DNA from: Bacillus subtilis subsp. subtilis str. 168
GTDB lineage: Bacteria > Bacillota > Bacilli > Bacillales > Bacillaceae
Direction: 5' to 3'
Assembly: GCF_000009045.1 (NCBI RefSeq)
Contig: NC_000964.3
Coordinates: forward strand, 1,980,001 to 2,012,000
DNA length: 32,000 nucleotides
The translations under genes were made by a program, and so were the position numbers. This document shows positions 24,677 to 32,000 of this stretch, piece after piece (within the stretch, counting starts at the first letter, position 1; each line of letters begins with the position of its first letter). A model generated the notes under the pieces. The model searched no databases, was not told where the DNA came from, and saw only the letters and a list, made by a program, of their open reading frames with translations.

Positions 24677-26440
24677 ATGAAAAGAACGTGGAACGTCTGT
24701 TTAACAGCTCTGCTTAGTGTTCTGTTAGTCGCTGGAAGTGTCCCTTTTCACGCGGAAGCTAAAAAACCGCCCAAAAGCTACGATGAGTACAAACAAGTAG
24801 ATGTTGGAAAAGACGGCATGGTTGCGACCGCACATCCTCTTGCTTCTGAAATCGGTGCTGATGTGCTGAAAAAAGGAGGAAATGCTATTGACGCAGCGGT
24901 TGCCATTCAATTTGCACTCAATGTAACAGAGCCGATGATGTCAGGTATTGGCGGCGGCGGTTTTATGATGGTGTATGACGGAAAAACGAAGGATACAACG
25001 ATAATCGACAGCCGTGAGCGTGCTCCAGCAGGCGCAACTCCTGATATGTTTCTGGACGAAAACGGCAAAGCAATTCCTTTCTCTGAACGTGTAACAAAAG
25101 GTACTGCCGTTGGTGTTCCAGGCACTCTGAAAGGGCTGGAAGAAGCCTTGGATAAATGGGGAACCCGTTCGATGAAGCAATTAATTACCCCTTCTATTAA
25201 ACTCGCTGAAAAAGGCTTTCCGATTGATTCGGTGTTGGCAGAGGCCATTTCTGATTATCAGGAAAAGCTTTCACGGACTGCCGCAAAAGATGTATTTTTA
25301 CCAAATGGCGAACCGCTTAAAGAAGGAGATACCCTTATTCAAAAGGATTTGGCTAAAACATTTAAGCTTATTCGCTCCAAAGGCACTGACGCTTTTTATA
25401 AAGGAAAATTCGCCAAGACGCTTTCTGACACTGTCCAGGATTTCGGCGGATCAATGACAGAAAAAGATTTAGAAAATTACGACATTACAATTGATGAACC
25501 GATTTGGGGAGATTATCAAGGCTATCAAATCGCTACTACTCCTCCTCCAAGCTCCGGCGGTATTTTCTTATTGCAAATGCTGAAAATCCTTGATCATTTT
25601 AACCTTTCACAATACGATGTCCGCTCATGGGAAAAATATCAGCTGCTTGCTGAAACGATGCATTTGTCATATGCCGACCGTGCGTCTTACGCAGGTGATC
25701 CCGAATTTGTAAATGTTCCTCTCAAAGGCCTGCTTCACCCCGATTATATTAAAGAACGCCAGCAATTAATCAACCTAGATCAAGTGAATAAAAAACCGAA
25801 AGCCGGTGACCCTTGGAAATACCAAGAAGGATCAGCAAACTATAAACAAGTTGAACAGCCGAAAGACAAAGTAGAAGGCCAAACAACCCACTTTACAGTT
25901 GCTGACCGTTGGGGAAATGTTGTTTCTTATACAACAACAATCGAACAGCTATTCGGAACGGGTATTATGGTCCCTGATTACGGTGTTATTTTAAACAATG
26001 AATTAACGGATTTTGATGCGATACCAGGCGGAGCTAACGAAGTACAGCCAAACAAACGGCCTTTAAGCAGCATGACCCCGACGATTTTATTTAAGGATGA
26101 CAAGCCTGTCCTCACGGTTGGATCTCCTGGCGGGGCCACAATTATTTCATCCGTTTTGCAAACCATTCTCTACCACATTGAATATGGTATGGAATTAAAA
26201 GCAGCTGTTGAAGAGCCGAGAATTTACACAAACAGCATGAGCTCTTACCGTTACGAAGACGGAGTTCCTAAAGATGTCCTCAGCAAGCTAAACGGCATGG
26301 GCCACAAATTCGGCACAAGTCCGGTGGATATCGGAAACGTGCAAAGTATATCGATCGACCATGAAAACGGCACCTTTAAAGGTGTAGCTGATTCAAGCAG
26401 AAACGGCGCGGCGATCGGCATTAATTTAAAACGTAAATAA
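24677..26440 (+). CDS. ggt: Gamma-glutamyltranspeptidase precursor, 587 aa
   Basis: RBS AGGAGGG (24665-24671). Signal peptide MKRTWNVCLTALLSVLLVAGSVPFHAEA. The GGT family hallmarks are present: the MSGIGGGGF glycine-rich loop and the autoprocessing/nucleophile Thr in EGQTTHFTV. Confidence 0.93.
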   Translation: MKRTWNVCLTALLSVLLVAGSVPFHAEAKKPPKSYDEYKQVDVGKDGMVATAHPLASEIGADVLKKGGNAIDAAVAIQFALNVTEPMMSGIGGGGFMMVYDGKTKDTTIIDSRERAPAGATPDMFLDENGKAIPFSERVTKGTAVGVPGTLKGLEEALDKWGTRSMKQLITPSIKLAEKGFPIDSVLAEAISDYQEKLSRTAAKDVFLPNGEPLKEGDTLIQKDLAKTFKLIRSKGTDAFYKGKFAKTLSDTVQDFGGSMTEKDLENYDITIDEPIWGDYQGYQIATTPPPSSGGIFLLQMLKILDHFNLSQYDVRSWEKYQLLAETMHLSYADRASYAGDPEFVNVPLKGLLHPDYIKERQQLINLDQVNKKPKAGDPWKYQEGSANYKQVEQPKDKVEGQTTHFTVADRWGNVVSYTTTIEQLFGTGIMVPDYGVILNNELTDFDAIPGGANEVQPNKRPLSSMTPTILFKDDKPVLTVGSPGGATIISSVLQTILYHIEYGMELKAAVEEPRIYTNSMSSYRYEDGVPKDVLSKLNGMGHKFGTSPVDIGNVQSISIDHENGTFKGVADSSRNGAAIGINLKRK

Positions 26441-26442
26441 AT

Positions 26443-26480
26443 AAAAAACTGTACTCGCTTCAAATGAGTACAGTTTTTTC
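26443..26480. terminator. Bidirectional intrinsic terminator shared by the convergent genes ggt and yofA
   Basis: Stem ACTGTACTC (26448-26456) / GAGTACAGT (26466-26474), with an A-run before and a T-run after. Confidence 0.8.
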
Positions 26481-26540
26481 ATGCAGATCTTTAAAATAAA
26501 AACTGACAAACGTCTTTATTCTGCTAATGCACGTCTATCT

Positions 26541-27398
26541 TCATCTTTTCATTTCGTTTATCTCATCAAGAAATGTCTGAAACGCACTCGTAATAAAAAA
26601 GTCTTTCCTGTATATAAAGACGATCTCTAAGTCTTGATATGATGGTGGCAGCTGATGAATCCATACATTTGTACGATGCTCGGAGCCGTCAACAGCGGAC
26701 TTTGGGAGCAGCGCCGTACCCATCCCGGCGGAAACACCTTTTATAATAGCCTCCAATGTGCCAAACTCTATGATTTTTTGATTGTGTATGCCTGCTTCCT
26801 CTAGTAATCTTTTGACCCTGTCACGATGAGAACAGCCAGCCCCAAAAAAGAGCATCGGCTGCTGAAGCATGTCTTCTGCCGTCCCTTCTCGTGATGAAAT
26901 CAAAACTAATTCATCATGGGAGACATGGAGTTGTCTAACTGCAGCGTGTTCAACCGGCCCATATACAAAAGCGCCATCAACTTTATGATCAAGAACCTGT
27001 TGAATCAAATGATGCGTATCAGCTGTGTTCACTGATAAATCCACTTCAGGAAAACGCCTGAGGAAGGATGCTGCATGCTCAGGCAGATGCGTTACCGCCA
27101 TTGTTTCCAGTGATCCGATCCGCAAAGGCCCTTTTGGTTGCCTGCTCATTCGGGTCGATTTTTCAGCTTGGTCTAACAGCGATAATACTTGATCTGCATA
27201 TTGTAAAAGATTTTCTCCTGCAGCAGTCAGCTTCATTCCCCGATTCGTTCGATGAAAAAGCCTGATATTCAAATCTTCCTCAAGGTTATGCACTCTGGCT
27301 GTCACATTCGACTGAACATAATTCAGCATTTGGGCTGCTTTCGTTATGCTTCCTTCGCGAGCAACAGCCTGAAAAATCTTTAAATCTCCGCTTTCCAC
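26541..27398 (-). CDS. yofA: LysR-type transcriptional regulator, 285 aa
   Basis: GTG start at 27398 lies 8 nt after AGGTGA. The N-terminal LTTR HTH is FQAVAREGSITKAAQMLNYVQSNVTARVHNLEEDL. It is divergent from yogA. Confidence 0.88.
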   Translation of the reverse strand: MESGDLKIFQAVAREGSITKAAQMLNYVQSNVTARVHNLEEDLNIRLFHRTNRGMKLTAAGENLLQYADQVLSLLDQAEKSTRMSRQPKGPLRIGSLETMAVTHLPEHAASFLRRFPEVDLSVNTADTHHLIQQVLDHKVDGAFVYGPVEHAAVRQLHVSHDELVLISSREGTAEDMLQQPMLFFGAGCSHRDRVKRLLEEAGIHNQKIIEFGTLEAIIKGVSAGMGTALLPKSAVDGSEHRTNVWIHQLPPSYQDLEIVFIYRKDFFITSAFQTFLDEINEMKR

Positions 27399-27428
27399 GC
27401 GCTCTCACCTGCTTGCTATGATGAAAAG

Positions 27429-27443
27429 TGATATTGGCTATCA
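27429..27443. promoter_or_regulatory. Candidate LTTR (YofA) box: TGATA-N5-TATCA dyad in the yofA/yogA divergent region
   Basis: A perfect 5-bp inverted repeat nested in a wider dyad TATGAT (27417-27422) ... ATCATA (27440-27445). It has a T-N11-A type architecture. Confidence 0.35.
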
Positions 27444-27454
27444 TATTTGTTCAT

Positions 27455-27501
27455 TTTACTCGAAGAAAACCGCTATGTAAAATATGTAAAGATATGAAAA
27501 T
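27455..27501 (+). promoter_or_regulatory. Candidate yogA promoter (TTTACT-N17-TAAAAT) overlapping three tandem 9-bp repeats TATGTAAAA/TATGTAAAG/ATATGAAAA
   Basis: TTTACT 27455-27460 and TAAAAT 27478-27483. The repeats lie at 27474-27482, 27483-27491 and 27492-27500. Confidence 0.35.
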
Positions 27502-27525
27502 ACAATTAATGAGGAGGCAGACAGC

Positions 27526-28515
27526 ATGAAAGCTGTAATTCACAACGGAAAAGCCGGTCTTCTGGGGTTATCAGTTCAGGACGTTCCATCAACAAAGCCT
27601 GGATACGGAGAGGTAAAGGTTAAATTAAAATCTGCAGGCCTGAATCATCGTGACTTGTTTCTTATGAAAAACAAATCTGAACAAGATCCTCACATGATAC
27701 TGGGTTCTGACGGCGCGGGTATCATCGAAGAGATTGGTGAAGGCGTGAAAAATGTTACTGTTCAGACAGAAGTAGTCATTTTCCCGACATTGAACTGGGA
27801 TTTGACAGAAAATGTTCCACCTGTACCTGAGATTCTGGGAGGTCCTTCGGACGGAACACTTGCTGAATATGTGATCATTCCTTCACAAAATGCAATCAAA
27901 AAACCTGCTTATTTATCTTGGGAAGAAGCGGGCGTTTTACCTTTATCCGCTTTAACTGCATATCGGGCTCTGTTTACAAAGGGGCAATTAAAAAAAGGCG
28001 AGCATCTATTGATACCCGGCATCGGCAGCGGTGTAGCAACCTACGCTTTATTTATGGCTAAGGCGATTGGGGCAACAGTAAGCGTGACCTCCCGCAGTGA
28101 GGAGAAAAGAAAAAAGGCGCTGAAATTAGGTGCTGATTACGCATTTGACAGCTACAGCAATTGGGATGAGCAGTTGCAGGGAAAAAAGATAGATGTTGTT
28201 CTTGACAGCATAGGACCTGCCCTCTTTTCGGAATACTTCCGCCATGTAAAACCAAATGGCCGTATTGTCAGCTTTGGGGCAAGCTCAGGGGATAATCTCA
28301 GTTTTCCGGTGCGTTCTTTATTCTTTCCTCAGGTCAATGTTTTGGGAACCTCGATGGGAAGCGGTGAGGAATTTCAAGCTATGCTCGCTTTCATTGACAA
28401 ACATAAGCTGCGGCCTGTAATTGACCGGATATATCCTTTAGAAAAAGCATGTGAAGCATATAAAAGAATGCAGGAAGGCAGACAGTTTGGAAACATCGGG
28501 ATCGTAATGGAATAA
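27526..28515 (+). CDS. yogA: Zinc-type alcohol dehydrogenase / quinone oxidoreductase family (MDR superfamily), 329 aa
   Basis: RBS GAGGAGG (27511-27517). It has a GroES-like N-terminal domain and the Rossmann motif [11 protein letters not shown]. Confidence 0.85.
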
Positions 28516-28553
28516 AAAAAGAAACCGGCTGGCAGCCAGACCGGTTTCTCTTA
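28516..28553. terminator. Bidirectional intrinsic terminator between the convergent genes yogA and gltB
   Basis: Long stem GAAACCGGCTGGC (28521-28533) / GCCAGACCGGTTTC (28535-28548, one bulged A). An A-run precedes it, which reads as a T-run for gltB on the minus strand. Confidence 0.8.
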
Positions 28554-28571
28554 TATGATAATCCCCTTTAT

Positions 28572-30053
28572 TTACGGAAGAACTGAACTCCCCATCAAAT
28601 ATCGATCCACTTCACGCGCCACTTCACGGCCTTCATTAATCGCCCATACGATTAAGCTTTGCCCTCTTCTTGCATCCCCTGCGGCGAATACACCATCGAT
28701 ATTTGTTTGATAATCCCCATATGCTGCACTGATTTTGTTATTTACTGAATTAACACCGAACTGTTTCAACAGCGGCTGTTCTGTGCCTTCAAAGCCGATA
28801 GCGATAAAGACAAGCTGAGCAGGCCATACTTTTTCCGTTCCAGGCAGCTCGCGGAACTCGTATTTTCCATGCTCATTTTTCACTTTTTCCATTTGGATGG
28901 TATGAAGCTCTTTCAGCTTTCCGTTTTTATCCGCGACCATTTTTGTCGTTTGAATGGAGTATTCTCTCGGATCTCTTCCGAATTTTGCTTCTGCTTCCTC
29001 GTATGCATATTCAAGCGTAAAGACGTGTGGCTGTTCAGGCCACATATTGTCATTCGTGCGGGCTGGCGGAAGTTTCGGGTGTTTGCCGAATTGGTGCACG
29101 CTTTTGGCTTTTTGACGCAGAGCGGTAGCCACACAGTCAGCTCCTGTATCTCCGCCTCCGATTACGATGACATCTTTCCCTTTGGCATCAATGAATTGCT
29201 TGTCTTTAAAATTAGAATCTAAATAGCTTTTTGTTGCAAGTGTGAGGTAGTCCATTGCGTAATGGACTCCTTTTGAGTCGCGTCCTTCGATTAAGAGGTC
29301 CCGCTGTTTTTGAGCGCCTGTGCATAAGATCACAGCATCAAATTGCTCCTTTAGCTCATCAGCTGTAATGTCAACACCGATTTCTGTGTTCGTGACAAAA
29401 TCAATTCCCTCTTGCGTCAGCAATTTAATTCGGCGTTCTACAATGCCCTTCTCAAGCTTCATGTTTGGAATGCCGTATGTTAAAAGGCCGCCCGCTCTGT
29501 CTGCTCGTTCAAAAACAGTGACGGAATGTCCCGCTTGATTCAGCTGGTCAGCACTCGCCAGTCCGGCTGGGCCTGACCCGACGATGGCCACTTTTTTGCC
29601 TGTTCGTTTTTTTGGAATTCTAGGTTGAATCCAGCCGTTCTCAAATCCTTTATCGATAATGGTCCGCTCGATGTTTTTAATTGATACGGCCGGATCTGAA
29701 ATCGCTAAAGTGCATGATCCTTCACAAGGAGCGGGGCATACCCGCCCTGTGAATTCAGGAAAGTTGTTTGTTTTCAACAGACGTTCCAATGCTTCCTTCC
29801 ATCTGCCCCGGTAGACAAGATCATTCCATTCAGGAATTAAGTTGTAAATCGGACAGCCGGATGTAAATCCGTTAATGTCCGCACCGATCTGGCAAAACGG
29901 TGTACCGCAATCCATACACCGCGCCCCTTGCCGTTTCGATGCTTCTTCTGAAAAAGGAGCAGAATATTCTTTCCAATCCTTTAAGCGAGTGAGAGGGTCC
30001 CGCTCCGCAGGTTTTTCTCGTTTGATCTCCATAAATCCAGTTGGTTTCCCCAT
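28572..30053 (-). CDS. gltB: Glutamate synthase (NADPH) small subunit, 493 aa
   Basis: Starts MGKPTGFMEIKREKP. Contains the Cys clusters CMDCGTPFC and CPAPCEGSC and the dinucleotide fold VAIVGSGPAGLASA. RBS GGAAGGGGAGAGG. It lies 16 nt after the gltA stop. Confidence 0.93.
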   Translation of the reverse strand: MGKPTGFMEIKREKPAERDPLTRLKDWKEYSAPFSEEASKRQGARCMDCGTPFCQIGADINGFTSGCPIYNLIPEWNDLVYRGRWKEALERLLKTNNFPEFTGRVCPAPCEGSCTLAISDPAVSIKNIERTIIDKGFENGWIQPRIPKKRTGKKVAIVGSGPAGLASADQLNQAGHSVTVFERADRAGGLLTYGIPNMKLEKGIVERRIKLLTQEGIDFVTNTEIGVDITADELKEQFDAVILCTGAQKQRDLLIEGRDSKGVHYAMDYLTLATKSYLDSNFKDKQFIDAKGKDVIVIGGGDTGADCVATALRQKAKSVHQFGKHPKLPPARTNDNMWPEQPHVFTLEYAYEEAEAKFGRDPREYSIQTTKMVADKNGKLKELHTIQMEKVKNEHGKYEFRELPGTEKVWPAQLVFIAIGFEGTEQPLLKQFGVNSVNNKISAAYGDYQTNIDGVFAAGDARRGQSLIVWAINEGREVAREVDRYLMGSSVLP

Positions 30054-30069
30054 GTTCCTCTCCCCTTCC

Positions 30070-32000
30070 TTACTGTACTACCGCTTGTTTTTGTCCCGAT
30101 GCTGCTGTATTCTGCTTTGGCTTCGTGTTGGCCTCAAAAGCGAACATGATGGCTTCTTCATCTGATAAACCTGCAGCTTTTTGCTCTTCGATGCTTGCGA
30201 GCATTTGTTTATAGTTTTTCGGAATGACTTTGACGAATTTTTTCACACTGTCTTCCCATTGATCTAGCAGATCTTCTGCTTTTTGGCTGTTTGTATACGC
30301 AGTATGTCTTTCAAGCATTGCTTTGATTTGCTGGATTTCTTTCTCATCCTCTAATGATTCAAATAAAATCATCTCAAGGTTGCATTTGCGTTTAAACGCT
30401 TTGACATCTTCGGTCAGTACATAAGCGATTCCGCCGGACATACCTGCCGCAAAGTTTTTGCCTACATCACCGAGAACGACAACGCTGCCGCCAGTCATGT
30501 ATTCACAGCCGTGGTCGCCGATGCCTTCTACAACTACGTTCACACCGCTGTTTCGAACGGCAAAGCGTTCACCAGCACGCCCGTTAATATATGCTTCTCC
30601 GCTTGTCGCACCGTAAAAAGCCACGTTGCCGATAATGACATTGTCATCCGAAGCAGAGTTGAATCCTTCTGATGACTTGACGATGATTTTTCCGCCAGAA
30701 AGCCCTTTTCCGACGTAATCATTTGAGTCTCCGTCCAAATAAAGCGTCATCCCTTTAGGAACGAAAGCTCCAAAGCTTTGGCCGGCTGATCCGGTAAAGT
30801 GCAGCTTGATTGTATCTTCAGGAAGACCTTCTTCTCCGTAACGCTTTGAGATTTCACTGCCGGTTATCGTTCCGGCTACACGATTTGTATTATTGATTTC
30901 AATCGAAATATCAGCTTCTTTTCCAGATTCGATGGCTTCTTGTACGGCCGGGAGAATTGTTGTAATATCAAGTGATTGATCAATTTTATGATTTTGCGGC
31001 GATTGGAACGTCCGCACCCCTTCAGGCTGATAAAGAAGGGTAGACAAATCAAGCTGGCTTGCTTTCCAGTGCTCCTTTGCCCGTTCACTTGCATGAAGTA
31101 CATCAGTGCGGCCGATCATTTCATCAAATGTCTTGAAGCCTAACGCAGCCATGTACTCACGAACTTCTTCGGCAATGAACAGCATATAGTTCACAATATG
31201 GTCAGGATCTCCCATGAACTTTTTGCGAAGCTCTGGATTTTGTGTCGCTACACCGACAGGGCATGTATCCAAATGGCAGGCACGCATCATGACACAGCCG
31301 AGTACAACTAACGGAGCCGTTGCGAAACCAAATTCTTCGGCGCCGAGCAAGGCAGCCATCACAACGTCGCGGCCCGTCATGAGCTTTCCATCTGTTTCTA
31401 ATACAACACGGTCACGAAGTCCGTTCAGCATTAGTGTTTGATGTGCTTCTGCAAGGCCAAGCTCCCACGGAAGCCCTGTATGTTTAATACTGGTTTTCGG
31501 AGAAGCGCCTGTACCTCCGTCATAGCCGCTGATCACAATGACATCTGCAGTCGCTTTGGCAACACCTGCAGCGATTGTTCCTACACCTGCTTTTGACACC
31601 AGCTTTACGCTGATTCTTGCGTCACGGTTGGCATTTTTCAAATCGTGGATCAGCTGGGCTAAATCCTCAATCGAATAAATGTCATGGTGTGGCGGAGGTG
31701 AGATTAATCCGACACCTGGCGTTGACCCACGGACATCGGCAACCCATGGATATACCTTGTTGCCAGGAAGCTGCCCGCCTTCACCCGGCTTAGCACCTTG
31801 AGCCATTTTAATCTGCAGCTCATCAGCATTGACGAGGTAATGGCTTTTGACACCAAACCGTCCGGATGCAATTTGTTTGATCGCACTTCTTCTATCATCG
31901 CCGTTCTCATCTGGAACAAAGCGTTTGGGATCTTCTCCGCCTTCACCGCTGTTGCTTTTTCCTCCAAGACGGTTCATTGCGATTGCTAAAGCTTCGTGCG
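30070..32000 (-). CDS. gltA: Glutamate synthase large subunit, C-terminal ~640 codons (FMN domain plus GXGXG beta-helix domain); the N-terminus lies beyond the right edge
   Basis: The frame stays open to the window edge, and the ORF-track M at 31977 is internal. The FMN-binding TIM-barrel motifs are SGEGGE and [12 protein letters not shown]. The C-terminal repeat [11 protein letters not shown] / [11 protein letters not shown] is present. Confidence 0.92.
   Translation of the reverse strand, partial: HEALAIAMNRLGGKSNSGEGGEDPKRFVPDENGDDRRSAIKQIASGRFGVKSHYLVNADELQIKMAQGAKPGEGGQLPGNKVYPWVADVRGSTPGVGLISPPPHHDIYSIEDLAQLIHDLKNANRDARISVKLVSKAGVGTIAAGVAKATADVIVISGYDGGTGASPKTSIKHTGLPWELGLAEAHQTLMLNGLRDRVVLETDGKLMTGRDVVMAALLGAEEFGFATAPLVVLGCVMMRACHLDTCPVGVATQNPELRKKFMGDPDHIVNYMLFIAEEVREYMAALGFKTFDEMIGRTDVLHASERAKEHWKASQLDLSTLLYQPEGVRTFQSPQNHKIDQSLDITTILPAVQEAIESGKEADISIEINNTNRVAGTITGSEISKRYGEEGLPEDTIKLHFTGSAGQSFGAFVPKGMTLYLDGDSNDYVGKGLSGGKIIVKSSEGFNSASDDNVIIGNVAFYGATSGEAYINGRAGERFAVRNSGVNVVVEGIGDHGCEYMTGGSVVVLGDVGKNFAAGMSGGIAYVLTEDVKAFKRKCNLEMILFESLEDEKEIQQIKAMLERHTAYTNSQKAEDLLDQWEDSVKKFVKVIPKNYKQMLASIEEQKAAGLSDEEAIMFAFEANTKPKQNTAASGQKQAVVQ

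Overview
The window reads as a Bacillus subtilis 168-type chromosomal segment. I recognised it from the translated proteins and hand-read motifs; no database search was possible. About 18 kb of the minus strand is the 5' part of the plipastatin/fengycin NRPS operon. It holds ppsA complete, ppsB complete, and the first 849 codons of ppsC, which run off the left edge. Hand-derived A-domain pocket codes give Glu-Orn / Tyr-Thr / Glu, with E domains after Orn and Thr. To the right lie dacC-galM (minus), the MATE exporter yoeA (minus) and the secreted autolysin inhibitor iseA/yoeB (plus). Next come tRNA-Arg(CCU), the small integrase yoeC and the Xis-like yoeD (all minus). Then follow ggt (plus), the divergent LysR/oxidoreductase pair yofA/yogA, gltB, and the 3' part of gltA (minus, running off the right edge). 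Every other ORF in the track is an antisense or out-of-frame shadow. Several ORF-track starts are over-extended; RBS positions support shorter genes for ppsA, ppsB, dacC, iseA and yoeC. I see no CRISPR array, IS element, rRNA or large unexplained ORF, so I do not think a large novel multi-gene system is hidden here. The least explained DNA is 22.35-24.68 kb. It contains a catalytic-domain-only tyrosine recombinase with an intact catalytic hexad, a consensus promoter bracketed by ATGTAACAT dyads, and the same motif at neighbouring promoters. It also contains dense short repeats and a possible 24-codon sORF. The other notable structure is a ~1.16 kb, ~98% identical direct repeat shared by ppsA and ppsC (the two Glu adenylation domains).
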